The notes under the pieces: model-generated
Databases searched by the model: none
Seen by the model: only the letters and a program-made list of their open reading frames with translations
Told to the model about the DNA's origin: nothing
Source of the DNA: Burkholderiales bacterium
GTDB taxonomy: Bacteria; Pseudomonadota; Gammaproteobacteria; Burkholderiales; JACQAP01
Direction of reading: 5' to 3'
Length of the DNA stretch: 64,000 nucleotides
NCBI GenBank assembly: GCA_045810225.1
Contig: JBJMWI010000080.1
Span: forward strand, 23-64,022
Part shown: positions 17,689-28,919 of the stretch, piece by piece
Layout of the letters: each line of letters opens with the position of its first letter
Numbering within the stretch: the first letter of the stretch is position 1
Translations under genes and position numbers: made by a program

Positions 17689-20600
17689 ATGCGGCAAGTT
17701 TCCCTCGAAGACAAGTACGTGTCGGACTACGACCGGGTTTATCTGACTGGCATTCAGGCGCTGGTGCGTCTGGCGCTGGTCCAGCGCCGGCGCGATGCTG
17801 CTAACGGTCTAAATACTGCGGGTTTCATCTCCGGCTATCGCGGCTCGCCGCTCGGCGGGCTGGATGAAGCGCTCTGGAAAGCGAAGCCACACCTTGAAGC
17901 GCACCATATCAAATTCCAGCCCGGCATCAACGAAGAGCTGGCCGCCACCGCGGTCTGGGGTTCGCAGCAGGTTGAGATGCTGGGGGATTCGAAATACGAC
18001 GGCGTGTTTGCAATGTGGTATGGCAAGGGGCCAGGGGTCGACCGCTGCGGCGACGTGTTCAAGCACATGAATTTCGCCGGCACTTCCAAACATGGTGGCG
18101 TTTTGCTGGTAGCCGGCGATGATCACGGCGCCTATTCATCCTCCTTGCCGCATCAGAGCGATCACCTGTTTGCCGCTTCCATGATTCCGGTGCTCTATCC
18201 CTGCAACGTGCAGGAATACGTCGAACTTGGCTTGCACGGCTGGGCCATGTCGCGTTTTTCCGGGTGCGCAGTAGGCTTCAAGGCGCTGTCCGATACCGTG
18301 GAATCGTCCGCTTCCATTGAAGCGGATCCTTTCCACGTAAAGACCTTAGTGCCAAAGGATTTCGCAATGCCGGAAGAAGGGCTGAACTACCGGCTGTCCA
18401 ATGAACCACTTGGCCTGCAGGCGCGCAAGCAGGAAGCCTTGCTGCAGGATTACAAGATCTACGCGGCAATGGCGTACGCGCGCCTGAACAAGATAAACCG
18501 CACGACAATAGATTCTCCCCAGGCGAGGCTCGGCATCATCGCTTCGGGAAAATCGTACATGGACGTGCTGGAAGCGCTGGAAGAACTCGGCATCACTGAG
18601 GAAAAGGCAGCGCAAATCGGCATCCGAGTGTTCAAGGTCTCTATGCCGTGGCCGCTGGAACCGGACGGCGTTCGGGAATTTTCCAAAGGCCTGGATGAAA
18701 TTCTGGTGGTCGAGGAAAAGCGCCAGGTCGTCGAATATCAGCTAAAGGAGCATCTATACAACTGGCATCCTGATGTGCGTCCGCGCGTGATCGGCAAATT
18801 TGACGACCAGGGCGAATGGGTGCACCCGCGGGGCGAGTGGCTATTGCCAGCCAAGGCCGATTTCTCAATCGCCCAGATCGCGCGCGTAATCGCCGGGCGC
18901 GTCGCACGCTTTCATCAAAGCGATCTCATCAAGGCACGTCTGAGTTTTCTGGAAGCCAAGGAAGCGGTATTGAAAAAAGCAGTCGGCACGCCGCCGCGGC
19001 CGGCTTACTACTGTTCGGGTTGCCCGCACAATACCTCGACCAAGGTGCCGGAAGGAAGTTTCGCGCTGGCCGGAATCGGCTGCCATGTCATGGCGACTGC
19101 GATCTATCCCGAGCACACCAAGACCACCTGCCAGATGGGGGGAGAGGGAGCCGCTTGGATAGGCCAGGCGCCGTTTTCGAAAGTGCCGCATGTATTCGCG
19201 AACCTCGGCGACGGGACCTATTTCCACTCCGGCCACCTCGCCATACGCGCGGCGCTCGCAGCCAACGTTAATATCACTTATAAAATCCTGTACAACGATG
19301 CCGTAGCCATGACCGGGGGCCAACCGGTGGATGGCCAGATTTCCGTTGCATTGATCGCACAACAAATGGCTGCGGAAGGCGTCAAGCGCATCGCTGTCGT
19401 GACTGAGGACCTGGCGCGCTACGAAGACCGGTCGCAGTTGCCGGCGAATGTGACGATCAATGATCGCAAGGATATGGAAGCCGTGCAGCGCGAATTGCGC
19501 GACATTCCTGGCGTTTCGGTATTGATTTACGATCAGACGTGCGCCGCCGAAAAGCGCCGACGCCGCAAGAAAGGCGAGTATCCGAAGGCGACGCAACGCG
19601 TGTTCATCAATGAAGCTGTCTGCGAGGGCTGTGGCGATTGCAGCGTGCAATCAAATTGCGTTTCGATCCTGCCGCTGGAAACCGAGTTCGGACGCAAGCG
19701 CGCAATCGATCAGTCTTCCTGCAATCAGGACTATTCCTGTCTGAAGGGATTCTGTCCAAGCTTTGTCACCATCGAAGGCGGAGTGCCAAAAAAGTCGCGC
19801 GCGGGCAAGCAGGCGCTTCCTGCAGCATTGGAATCGCTCCCCGAGGTATCCGTCCCGGAACTTGGCCAAGCACCGTATAACATTTTGATCACCGGCATCG
19901 GTGGAACAGGAGTGATCACGATTGGCGCTTTGCTGGGGATGGCCGCGCATCTGGAAAGCAAGGGCACCTCCGCGCTCGACATGACTGGCATGTCGCAGAA
20001 AAACGGAGCCGTCACGTCGCATGTGCGCATCGCGCGCGCTCCGGAGGATATTCGCGCACAGCGCATCGCGACCGGTGAAGCAGATCTGATCTTGGGCTGC
20101 GACATGCTGACCGCCGGCGCGCACGATGCTATCGCAAAGACGCGACCCGGTCGCACGGTGGCGGTCATCAATACTCACCAGCAGCCGCCCGGGCAGTTCA
20201 CGCAGAATCCTGAATGGCAGTTTCCGGCCGAACAGATTCGCGCGCTGATTGAGGAATCCGTCGGCGGCCGCTGCCACTTTATCGATGCGACTTCGCTGGC
20301 GACTGCGCTACTGGGCGATTCGATTGCGACCAATCTGTTCATGTTGGGCTACGCGTTTCAAAAGGAACTCATCCCGGTCAACGAGCAATCCATTCTCAAG
20401 GCAATCGAGCTCAACGGCGTCGCCATCGACGCCAACAAGCAGGCGTTTACCTGGGGTCGACGTGCTGCCGTTAGTCTGCAGCAGGTCCAGGCCATTGCCA
20501 CTCCAGCGCAACCGGTCATCATGCAAATGCCGCAGAGTCTGGAAACCATGATCCGCCGCCGTACAGCGTTCCTGAGCGACTATCAAAACCGTGCCTACGC

Positions 20601-21186
20601 CAGGCGTTACGAGCAGCTGGTGGACCGAGTGCGTCAGGCCGAAAGTCGCTTGGGCGCCGGAGATGCCTTAAGCAAAGCCGTGGCCAAATACTTTTTCAAG
20701 CTGATGGCATACAAGGATGAATATGAAGTCGCGCGCCTTTACACCAACGGGCAATTCGATAAGCGGCTCAAGGATTCCTTCGAAGGTGACTTCAAGGTTT
20801 CTTATAACCTTGCCCCACCGCTGTTCGCCAAGCGCGACGCGCACGGGCATCTCGTCAAAGCTCGCTTTGGCCCCTGGATGAAGACGGCATTCAGGCTGCT
20901 GGCAGGTCTCCGAGGTCTCCGAGGCACGGTATTCGACGTGTTCGGATACAGCGCCGAAAGAAAGCTGGAGCGTCAGTTGATACGCGAATACGAAGGATTG
21001 GTCGACGAGATCCTGCGCAGTCTGACGCCTGAAAACTATCAGGCAGCCGTTGATCTGGCGGCATTGCCGGAGCGCATTCGCGGCTTCGGCCACGTCAAAC
21101 AGCGTCACATTGATGCGGTCAAGCCGGAACGCGAGAGGCTGCTACAGCAATTCAGACATGGCAAGGGTGTCGGGCTGGCTGCATGA
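17689..21186 (+). CDS. indolepyruvate ferredoxin oxidoreductase family protein (fused IorA-IorB)
   Basis: SGYRGSPLGG, WYGKGPGVDR, YCSGCPHN, GDGTYFHSG, Fe-S motifs CEGCGDC and CNQDYSCLKGFCPSF, ITGIGGTGV and KLMAYKDEYEVARL; ATG 17689 with an AGGAG RBS. Confidence 0.93.
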   Translation: MRQVSLEDKYVSDYDRVYLTGIQALVRLALVQRRRDAANGLNTAGFISGYRGSPLGGLDEALWKAKPHLEAHHIKFQPGINEELAATAVWGSQQVEMLGDSKYDGVFAMWYGKGPGVDRCGDVFKHMNFAGTSKHGGVLLVAGDDHGAYSSSLPHQSDHLFAASMIPVLYPCNVQEYVELGLHGWAMSRFSGCAVGFKALSDTVESSASIEADPFHVKTLVPKDFAMPEEGLNYRLSNEPLGLQARKQEALLQDYKIYAAMAYARLNKINRTTIDSPQARLGIIASGKSYMDVLEALEELGITEEKAAQIGIRVFKVSMPWPLEPDGVREFSKGLDEILVVEEKRQVVEYQLKEHLYNWHPDVRPRVIGKFDDQGEWVHPRGEWLLPAKADFSIAQIARVIAGRVARFHQSDLIKARLSFLEAKEAVLKKAVGTPPRPAYYCSGCPHNTSTKVPEGSFALAGIGCHVMATAIYPEHTKTTCQMGGEGAAWIGQAPFSKVPHVFANLGDGTYFHSGHLAIRAALAANVNITYKILYNDAVAMTGGQPVDGQISVALIAQQMAAEGVKRIAVVTEDLARYEDRSQLPANVTINDRKDMEAVQRELRDIPGVSVLIYDQTCAAEKRRRRKKGEYPKATQRVFINEAVCEGCGDCSVQSNCVSILPLETEFGRKRAIDQSSCNQDYSCLKGFCPSFVTIEGGVPKKSRAGKQALPAALESLPEVSVPELGQAPYNILITGIGGTGVITIGALLGMAAHLESKGTSALDMTGMSQKNGAVTSHVRIARAPEDIRAQRIATGEADLILGCDMLTAGAHDAIAKTRPGRTVAVINTHQQPPGQFTQNPEWQFPAEQIRALIEESVGGRCHFIDATSLATALLGDSIATNLFMLGYAFQKELIPVNEQSILKAIELNGVAIDANKQAFTWGRRAAVSLQQVQAIATPAQPVIMQMPQSLETMIRRRTAFLSDYQNRAYARRYEQLVDRVRQAESRLGAGDALSKAVAKYFFKLMAYKDEYEVARLYTNGQFDKRLKDSFEGDFKVSYNLAPPLFAKRDAHGHLVKARFGPWMKTAFRLLAGLRGLRGTVFDVFGYSAERKLERQLIREYEGLVDEILRSLTPENYQAAVDLAALPERIRGFGHVKQRHIDAVKPERERLLQQFRHGKGVGLAA

Positions 21187-21285
21187 TGAGAGGTAAACCC
21201 GGGCGATTTGCGATAACGTTCGCTAGATACCAAAAATATTCACCTTGGGACGGCCGGGGTGGACACTGATCCGGGAGCCCAGACC

Positions 21286-24200
21286 ATGACTGATTTAAGC
21301 GAGCAGCCGGCCGATCACAAAAGCCGCGCTCCTTACAGAATCCGCTTCGTCACCGCGGCCAGCCTGTTCGACGGCCACGACGCTTCCATCAACATCATGC
21401 GCCGCATTCTCCAGGCCAGCGGCGTGGAAGTCATTCATTTGGGGCATAACCGCTCGGTCGACGAGATTGTCAATGCCGCGATCCAGGAAGACGTGCAGGG
21501 CATTGCGATTTCCTCCTATCAGGGTGGACATGTCGAGTATTTCAAATACACGCTTGACCTGCTGCGCGAACGGGGTGGCCAAAACATCAAGGTTTTCGGC
21601 GGTGGTGGGGGGGTCATTGTCCCCTCGGAAATTGAGGAACTGCATCGGTATGGGGTCGCCCGGATCTATTCGCCAGAGGACGGCGCAAGGATGGGGCTGC
21701 AAGGCATGATCAGCGACATGATCCATACCGCGGACCGCAACCTTGCGGAGGTGTTGCCCGCCAGTCTGCAAGATTTGTTTCGGGGTCAGTTCCCCGCACT
21801 CGCGCGCATCATTACCGGACTAGAAAACGCGACGCTGCCCGAGCCGTTGCGCAAGCAGTTGACTGCGCATGCTGTCCGGAACGATCGGGTACCCGTCCTC
21901 GGCATCACCGGCACGGGCGGCTCAGGCAAGTCGTCGCTGACAGACGAACTGATACGGCGTTTCCGCATAGATCAGGCAGACGCTCTCAAAATCGCCGTCA
22001 TTGCTGTCGACCCGTCGCGGCGCAAGACGGGTGGCGCGTTGCTCGGCGACCGCATACGCATGAACTCGATCAACCATCCCCATATCTACATGCGCTCGCT
22101 TGCCACGCGCGATGCGGGCAGCGAAATTGCGACGTGCTTGCCCGAAGCCATTGCTGCCTGCAAATGCGCCGGCTTCGATCTTGTGCTGGTCGAGACTTCC
22201 GGTATCGGGCAGGGTGACGCGGCGATTGTTCCGCATGTCGATTGTTCGCTCTACGTCATGACGCCGGAATTCGGTGCCGCAAGCCAGCTTGAAAAAATTG
22301 ACATGCTGGATTTCGCCGACTTTGTTGCTATCAACAAATTCGACCGACGTGGCGCGCAAGATGCTCTGCGGGACGTGCGCAAGCAATTCCAGCGCAACCG
22401 CGGTGCATTCAATGTCGCCCCCGATACGCTGCCGGTATTCGGCACCATTGCATCGCGCTTCAACGACGACGGCGTCACCGCGCTCTACCAGAACATTGCC
22501 GGCGAACTCGAAAAACGCGGGCTTAAGCTTACGCAGGGAAAACTCAAGCCAGTCGGCACAAAATGTTCGTCCGGGCAGAATGTCATCGTGCCACCCGCGC
22601 GTTCACGCTACCTTGCGGAGATTGCGGAAGCCGTGCGCGCTTACCACGCGGATGTAAGCCGGCAAACAGAAATTGCGCGGGAGCGACAACAGTTACGCGA
22701 AGCCAGGCGAATGTTGCAGGCAGCCAGTAAGCCGTCCCGCGACGTCGATGCACTGCTCGCCGAACGCGATACGGCACTAAGCGCTGAAGCTAAGACATTG
22801 TTAACCGAGTGGCCGCAGATCAGGCAGGCTTATTCCGGCGATGAGCTAGTCACCAAAGTACGAGAGCGCGAATTCCGTACGACGCTCAAGACGACTACGC
22901 TGTCCGGAACAAAGATTTCCAAGGTATCACTGCCAACATTCGAAGACGAAGGCGAAATACTGAAATGGCTGATGCGCGAGAATCTGCCCGGTTATTTCCC
23001 GTACACAGCCGGTGTATTCGCCTTCAAACGCGAAAATGAAGATCCGACGCGCATGTTTGCCGGGGAGGGCGATCCATTCCGCACCAACGCACGTTTCAAG
23101 TTCCTGTCCCGGGACATGCCGGCCAAGAGACTGTCAACGGCGTTTGATTCCGTTACGCTGTATGGCTTCGACCCGCACGAGCGGCCGGACATCTATGGCA
23201 AGGTCGGAAATTCCGGCGTGTCCATCGCTACGCTGGACGACATGAAAGTGTTGTACTCCGGCTTTGATTTGTGCGACCCGGCCACTTCTGTGTCCATGAC
23301 GATTAACGGGCCTGCACCGACTATCCTGGCCATGTTCATCAATACCGCGATTGATCAGCAAATCGACAAGTTCGTCCAGCAGCATGGCCGCGCGCCGAAC
23401 GAGCAGGAGACGGCGAAAATCAGGATCTGGGCACAGGAAAATGTACGCGGTACAGTTCAGGCCGATATTCTGAAGGAAGATCAGGGCCAGAACACCTGCA
23501 TTTTCTCTACCGAGTTCTCGCTCAAGGTCATGGGAGACATCCAGGAATATTTCGTCAAGCATAAGGTGCGCAACTTTTATTCGGTGTCGATATCCGGTTA
23601 CCACATTGCCGAGGCCGGCGCCAATCCGATCTCGCAGTTGGCTTTTACGCTGTCCAATGGCTTTACGTTCGTCGAAGCCTATCTGGCGCGCGGGATGCAT
23701 ATCGACGATTTCGCGCCAAACCTTTCATTCTTTTTTTCGAACGGCATGGATCCGGAATATGCGGTTCTTGGGCGCGTAGCCCGGCGCATCTGGGCCACCA
23801 CAATGAGAGCCAAATACGGCGCGAATGAACGCAGCCAGAAGCTCAAATACCATGTGCAGACGTCCGGGCGTTCACTGCATGCGCAGGAAATTGCCTTCAA
23901 TGACATTCGCACCACCCTGCAGGCGCTAATCGCGATCTACGACAATTGCAACTCGCTTCATACCAACGCGTACGATGAAGCCATCACGACCCCGACAGCG
24001 GAATCCGTGCGGCGCGCGCTTGCCATCCAGCTAATCATCAACCGCGAATGGGGCCTTGCGAAGAATGAGAATCCCAACCAGGGCGCGTTCATCATTGATG
24101 AGCTGACGGATTTGGTCGAAGAAGCGGTGTTGCAGGAATTCGAACGTATTTCCGAACGAGGCGGTGTGCTAGGTGCCATGGAAACCGGTTATCAGCGTGG

Positions 24201-24546
24201 CAAGATCCAGGAAGAGTCGATGTACTACGAACACAAAAAGCATGACGGTTCCTACCCGATCATCGGGGTGAACACTTTTCGCAACGCCGAAGCGGCGCAC
24301 ACGGGTGGCGGTATTCCCCTGCAGCGCTCCACCGACGAGGAGAAGCAGAGCCAGATTCGCCGGCTGCGCGAATTCCAGGCGCGCCATGCGAACGAGGCGC
24401 CCGCTGCGCTGGCACGCCTACGCCAAAGTGTTATCGACAACAGCAACGTGTTTGCCGAACTGGTCAATGCGGTGCGCGTCTGCTCACTTGGACAAATCAC
24501 AGACGCACTGTTCGAGGTTGGAGGCCAGTACCGCCGCAGTATGTAA
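21286..24546 (+). CDS. icmF: fused isobutyryl-CoA mutase / MeaI GTPase chaperone (AdoCbl-dependent)
   Basis: N-terminal B12-binding domain ([13 protein letters not shown]), central GTPase ([20 protein letters not shown]) and C-terminal mutase ([27 protein letters not shown]); 1086 aa. Confidence 0.95.
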   Translation: MTDLSEQPADHKSRAPYRIRFVTAASLFDGHDASINIMRRILQASGVEVIHLGHNRSVDEIVNAAIQEDVQGIAISSYQGGHVEYFKYTLDLLRERGGQNIKVFGGGGGVIVPSEIEELHRYGVARIYSPEDGARMGLQGMISDMIHTADRNLAEVLPASLQDLFRGQFPALARIITGLENATLPEPLRKQLTAHAVRNDRVPVLGITGTGGSGKSSLTDELIRRFRIDQADALKIAVIAVDPSRRKTGGALLGDRIRMNSINHPHIYMRSLATRDAGSEIATCLPEAIAACKCAGFDLVLVETSGIGQGDAAIVPHVDCSLYVMTPEFGAASQLEKIDMLDFADFVAINKFDRRGAQDALRDVRKQFQRNRGAFNVAPDTLPVFGTIASRFNDDGVTALYQNIAGELEKRGLKLTQGKLKPVGTKCSSGQNVIVPPARSRYLAEIAEAVRAYHADVSRQTEIARERQQLREARRMLQAASKPSRDVDALLAERDTALSAEAKTLLTEWPQIRQAYSGDELVTKVREREFRTTLKTTTLSGTKISKVSLPTFEDEGEILKWLMRENLPGYFPYTAGVFAFKRENEDPTRMFAGEGDPFRTNARFKFLSRDMPAKRLSTAFDSVTLYGFDPHERPDIYGKVGNSGVSIATLDDMKVLYSGFDLCDPATSVSMTINGPAPTILAMFINTAIDQQIDKFVQQHGRAPNEQETAKIRIWAQENVRGTVQADILKEDQGQNTCIFSTEFSLKVMGDIQEYFVKHKVRNFYSVSISGYHIAEAGANPISQLAFTLSNGFTFVEAYLARGMHIDDFAPNLSFFFSNGMDPEYAVLGRVARRIWATTMRAKYGANERSQKLKYHVQTSGRSLHAQEIAFNDIRTTLQALIAIYDNCNSLHTNAYDEAITTPTAESVRRALAIQLIINREWGLAKNENPNQGAFIIDELTDLVEEAVLQEFERISERGGVLGAMETGYQRGKIQEESMYYEHKKHDGSYPIIGVNTFRNAEAAHTGGGIPLQRSTDEEKQSQIRRLREFQARHANEAPAALARLRQSVIDNSNVFAELVNAVRVCSLGQITDALFEVGGQYRRSM

Positions 24547-24563
24547 GCTAACGGAAACCAGAT

Positions 24564-24887
24564 ATGTTTGATCTTCAGCTTAATCACTTGAACATCCCGG
24601 CCCGCGATCCCGAGGGCCTGGTACGTTGGTATGCAAGCACGTTTGGTCTGCAAGCCGACGGCAACAAGGTGCGCGGTCCGGGCGTGCTGATCGCGTTTCA
24701 AGCGGGCGAGCCGGTAAAACGCGCACCGGAGCTACACTTGGGTTTCCAGGTACCAAACAATGAAAAGCTGGCCGACTGGGCGCGTAAATTTGGCGCCACG
24801 GTCAAGCAAGGCGGTGAGTTCAACGCATTCAGGATGTTCGATCCGGAAGAAAATTGCCTCGAGATTTACTGCAAAGCCGAAAGCTGA
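24564..24887 (+). CDS. VOC (glyoxalase-like) family protein
   Basis: LNHLNIPARD...WY...FG, LHLGFQV and FDPEENCLEI. Confidence 0.8.
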   Translation: MFDLQLNHLNIPARDPEGLVRWYASTFGLQADGNKVRGPGVLIAFQAGEPVKRAPELHLGFQVPNNEKLADWARKFGATVKQGGEFNAFRMFDPEENCLEIYCKAES

Positions 24888-25061
24888 CGGCGAACAAGAA
24901 CTAACATAAGCAGTCACCGGCGCAACCGCTTGCACTTCACGCCGCGCTCGGCAGCTTCGCGCAGCGCCGCTCGGCATCGTGCCCGAGACACCGCGTCGCG
25001 AAGGTGATACAACAACGGCATCCGGACAAAGCACTAGTGGGCAAATTTGCGGGGAGCTAAA

Positions 25062-27026
25062 TTGAACGGCCAGGACACGAACAGCGCACCGGCAAATCAG
25101 AGCTTCCCGGCACTGCTATTGGAGCACGCGACCAGGCAAGGGAACCGAACCGCCATCCGCGAGAAGGACCTCGGCATCTGGCAAAGCTGGACCTGGGCGC
25201 AGGTCGCGGATGAGGTGCGCGCCCTGGCATGCGGGCTAGCGGCGCAAGGCTTCCGACGCGGCATGAACCTCGCCATCATCGGCGACAACCGGCCGAGGTT
25301 GTACTGGTCGTTCGCGGCGGCGCAATGCCTGGGTGGCGTGCCGGTGCCCATGTACCAGGATGCAGTCGCCCAGGAAATGCTGTTCGTCCTGGAAAACGCC
25401 GAAATCGAATACGCCATCGTCGAAGATCAGGAGCAGGTCGACAAGTTGCTCGAGCTGCTGCCGAAGTATCCCAATCTGAAGCACATCTTTTACGATGATC
25501 CGCGTGGGTTGCGCCATTATGTCCAGCGACAGCTGATGCCTTATGAGCGGCTGCGCGAGCTTGGGGTTCAATACAATCGCGATCACTCCGGCTTCTTTGA
25601 CGGTGCCGTAGGGGCAGTCCGGGCGGAAGATGTCTGTGTCATGCTTTACACGTCTGGCACGACCAGCAAGCCCAAGGGCGTTTGCCTGACGCATGCTGCG
25701 CTAATTGCCGCAGCGAGCGGCGACGTCGCATTCGATGGCTTCGGCCCTTCGGATGAAATTTTGTCCTATCTGCCCATGGCCTGGGTTGGAGATCACCTGT
25801 TTTCTTATGCGCAGGCACTCGTGGCTGGATTCACGGTAAATTGTCCTGAATCTTCGGAAACCGCGATGAACGACTTGCGCGAGATCGGCCCGACCTATTA
25901 CTTCGCACCGCCGCGCATTTTCGAGAACCTGCTGACCACGGTAATGATTCGCATGGAAGATGCCGCGCGCATCAAGCGCGGCCTATTCCACTATTTCATG
26001 GCGATTGCGCGCCGCTGCGGGGCCGAACTTATGGACGGCAAGCCGGTTGCGTTTGCCGATCGCATGCTTTACCGGTTGGGTGATGTGCTGATCTACGGCC
26101 CGCTACGCAATATCCTCGGCATGAGCCGGCTGCGAGTGGCGTACACGGGCGGTGCGGCCATCGGACCTGACCTGTACCGTTTCTATCGCTCGATCGGCAT
26201 CAATCTGAAACAACTGTACGGCCAGACGGAAACGGCCGCCTACGTCTGCAAACAACCCAATGGTGAAGCGAAACTCGATACGGTGGGCAAGCCGATGCCT
26301 GGTGTCGAAGTCCGTATTGCCGAGAACGGAGAAATCTGGGTCAAGACGCCCAGCATGCTTAAGGAATACTACAAGCGCCACGATGCGAGCGCGGATTCGA
26401 TTTCGCCGGATGGCTATTTCATGACCGGCGATGCAGGTTTCTTTGACGAAGACGGCCACCTCAAGATCATTGACCGCGCAAACGATGTCGGCAAGCTGGC
26501 TAACGGAGCGCTCTTCGCGCCGCAGTTCATCGAAAACAAGCTGAAATTCTATTCCTATGTCAAGGAGGCGGTTTGCTTCGGTGATCGCAGGGAAATGGTT
26601 TGCGCTTTTATCAACATTGATCTGCAGGCCGTCGGCAACTGGGCCGAAAAACGCAATCTGGCTTACAGCGGCTATCTCGATCTGACCAGGCGGTCCGAAG
26701 TCTATGCCCTTATCCTGAGCTGCATTCAACAGGTGAATGCGGATCTTGCGCGTGAAGCAGCGTTGGCGAGCTCCCAGGTGCGACGTTTCCTGATCCTGCA
26801 CAAGGAGCTGGACGCTGACGATGATGAGCTTACGCGCACGCGCAAGGTACGCCGAAGCTTTGTGGCTGAAAAATATGCACCGCTTGTCGAGGCTTTGTTC
26901 GCAGGGAAAACGCACTGCCGTATCGCCACCGAAGTGAAATTCGAAGATGGCCGCCGCGGCACGATTGAAGCGGATATCAAAATCCAGGACGTGATGGCTT
27001 CCAAAGCGGGACGAGAAGCGACGTAG
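25062..27026 (+). CDS. long-chain acyl-CoA synthetase (AMP-binding protein)
   Basis: YTSGTTSKPKG, YGQTE, TGDAG and IIDR; TTG start at 25062 preceded by GGAG (the ORF track starts at 25047). Confidence 0.92.
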   Translation: MNGQDTNSAPANQSFPALLLEHATRQGNRTAIREKDLGIWQSWTWAQVADEVRALACGLAAQGFRRGMNLAIIGDNRPRLYWSFAAAQCLGGVPVPMYQDAVAQEMLFVLENAEIEYAIVEDQEQVDKLLELLPKYPNLKHIFYDDPRGLRHYVQRQLMPYERLRELGVQYNRDHSGFFDGAVGAVRAEDVCVMLYTSGTTSKPKGVCLTHAALIAAASGDVAFDGFGPSDEILSYLPMAWVGDHLFSYAQALVAGFTVNCPESSETAMNDLREIGPTYYFAPPRIFENLLTTVMIRMEDAARIKRGLFHYFMAIARRCGAELMDGKPVAFADRMLYRLGDVLIYGPLRNILGMSRLRVAYTGGAAIGPDLYRFYRSIGINLKQLYGQTETAAYVCKQPNGEAKLDTVGKPMPGVEVRIAENGEIWVKTPSMLKEYYKRHDASADSISPDGYFMTGDAGFFDEDGHLKIIDRANDVGKLANGALFAPQFIENKLKFYSYVKEAVCFGDRREMVCAFINIDLQAVGNWAEKRNLAYSGYLDLTRRSEVYALILSCIQQVNADLAREAALASSQVRRFLILHKELDADDDELTRTRKVRRSFVAEKYAPLVEALFAGKTHCRIATEVKFEDGRRGTIEADIKIQDVMASKAGREAT

Positions 27027-27068
27027 CCATCAAACCGGATGCTGCCATACAGGACGACAACAAAAACC

Positions 27069-27857
27069 ATGGCAGATGCGAATAAGACTGGCGCCGTTTT
27101 GCTGGCCGTCGAAAACATAGCCCTCGCCTTTGGCGGCGTGCGCGCGCTCTCTGATGTGAGTTTCGAGGTTCGCGAAGGCGAGATTCGCGCGATCATCGGA
27201 CCCAATGGCGCTGGCAAAAGCTCGATGCTGAATGTCATCAATGGTGTCTATCGTCCCCAGCAAGGACTTGTCCGCTTTCGCGGTGAAATACGCAGCCGCA
27301 TGGACCCGTATTACGCAGCAGCGAACGGTATCGCGCGCACATTTCAGAACATCGCATTGTTCAAGGGCATGACCGTGCTCGACAACATCATGACCGGGCG
27401 CAATTTGAAAATGCACGCCAGCCTGCTCGAGCAGGCGCTCTATATCGGACGCAATCGAAGGGAAGAACTCGCGCACCGCGCAAAAGTGGAAGAGATCATC
27501 GATTTCCTGCAGATCGAACATATCCGCAAGACACCGGTCGGCCGGCTGCCGTACGGCTTGCAGAAGCGCGTGGAGCTAGCCCGCGCGCTGGCCGCGGAAC
27601 CGGCGCTGCTGCTGTTGGATGAGCCGATGGCCGGGATGAATGTCGAAGAAAAGCAGGACATGTGCCGCTTCATTCTGGACGTTAATGATGAATTCAGCAC
27701 CACAATCGTGCTGATCGAGCATGACATGGGCGTGGTGATGGATATCTGCGACCGCATCGTCGTGCTCGACTATGGTCGCAAGATCGGCGATGGCACTGCG
27801 GACGAGATTCGCAAGAATGAGAGCGTCATCGCTGCTTACCTGGGTGTTTCGCATTGA
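27069..27857 (+). CDS. ABC transporter ATP-binding protein (LivG-like)
   Basis: Walker A GPNGAGKS, LPYGLQKR, LLLDEP and IEHDM. Confidence 0.93.
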   Translation: MADANKTGAVLLAVENIALAFGGVRALSDVSFEVREGEIRAIIGPNGAGKSSMLNVINGVYRPQQGLVRFRGEIRSRMDPYYAAANGIARTFQNIALFKGMTVLDNIMTGRNLKMHASLLEQALYIGRNRREELAHRAKVEEIIDFLQIEHIRKTPVGRLPYGLQKRVELARALAAEPALLLLDEPMAGMNVEEKQDMCRFILDVNDEFSTTIVLIEHDMGVVMDICDRIVVLDYGRKIGDGTADEIRKNESVIAAYLGVSH

Positions 27858-27948
27858 TGACACGAAACACATATAGGGAGAGACACGCACCCAGGCAGCG
27901 CAGTGCGATTGATATTCCCGGCGCTCGACGCATTCAGGCGCTTGCCGA

Positions 27949-28845
27949 ATGAGTTTTTTCTTCGAGGTATTGATCGGCGGATTACTGGCGGGGGTCATGT
28001 ACTCGCTGGTTGCGCTCGGGTTTGTGCTGATTTACAAGGCGTCCGGCGTGTTCAACTTCGCGCAGGGCGCGATGGTATTCTTCGCGGCGCTGACGTTCGT
28101 CGGCCTGCAGGAAAGATTCGGTCTGCCGTTCTGGGCCACCTTCATGCTGTCATTAGCGGCCATGGTGGTGCTAGGTACCCTGATTGAACGTATTGTGCTG
28201 CGGCCGCTTGTCAATCAACCCCAGATTACCTTGTTCATGGCGACCATTGGCTTGTCGTTTTTCATTGAAGGCCTTGCGCAATTGATCTGGGGCACCAATG
28301 TGCGCCGCCTCGATATCGGCATCAAGGACGAGCCCATCGCCGCGGTACTTCAGCATTTCGACATGGCGATCAGCAGCTTCGATCTGACCGCTGCGGTGGT
28401 CGCCGGCATATTGGTCACGGTGCTAGCCGTTTTCTTTCAGGTGACCCGGGTAGGCCGGGCGTTGCGCGCAGTCGCAGATGATCATCAGGCGGCACTTGCA
28501 GTTGGCATTCCGCTGAAGCAGATCTGGGCGATCGTATGGTCTGTTGCCGGCTTCGTGGCGCTGGTCGCCGGGCTAATGTGGGGAGCGCGCAACGGCGTGC
28601 AATATGCGTTAACGTTTGTCGCATTGAAGGCGCTGCCTGTGCTTATTCTGGGCGGCTTCGAATCCGTGCTCGGCGCCATCGTCGGCGGGCTGCTGATCGG
28701 CGCGCTTGAAAAACTTGCCGAGGTGTATCTCGGGCCATACATCGGCGGTGGCATCGAAGGATGGTTCGCCTACATGATGGCGCTGCTGTTTTTGCTCGTG
28801 CGCCCGGAGGGTTTGTTCGGAGAAAAAAGAATCGATCGTGTATAG
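27949..28845 (+). CDS. branched-chain amino acid-type ABC permease (LivH-like)
   Basis: YSLVALGFVLIYKASGVFNFAQG; multiple transmembrane segments. Confidence 0.93.
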   Translation: MSFFFEVLIGGLLAGVMYSLVALGFVLIYKASGVFNFAQGAMVFFAALTFVGLQERFGLPFWATFMLSLAAMVVLGTLIERIVLRPLVNQPQITLFMATIGLSFFIEGLAQLIWGTNVRRLDIGIKDEPIAAVLQHFDMAISSFDLTAAVVAGILVTVLAVFFQVTRVGRALRAVADDHQAALAVGIPLKQIWAIVWSVAGFVALVAGLMWGARNGVQYALTFVALKALPVLILGGFESVLGAIVGGLLIGALEKLAEVYLGPYIGGGIEGWFAYMMALLFLLVRPEGLFGEKRIDRV

Positions 28846-28919
28846 CGTTTAATTTCGAGACTAAGCCTGCGCAAAAACGCGCTTCGCCTTAACCAAACAG
28901 CCCGTCCGCCAAAACTGAC

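Noticed and set aside
24910-24940. Possible sigma54 promoter upstream of the acyl-CoA ligase/ABC cluster (CGGCGCAACCGCTTGCA)
   Set aside because: GG-to-GC spacing is 11 nt rather than the required 10.
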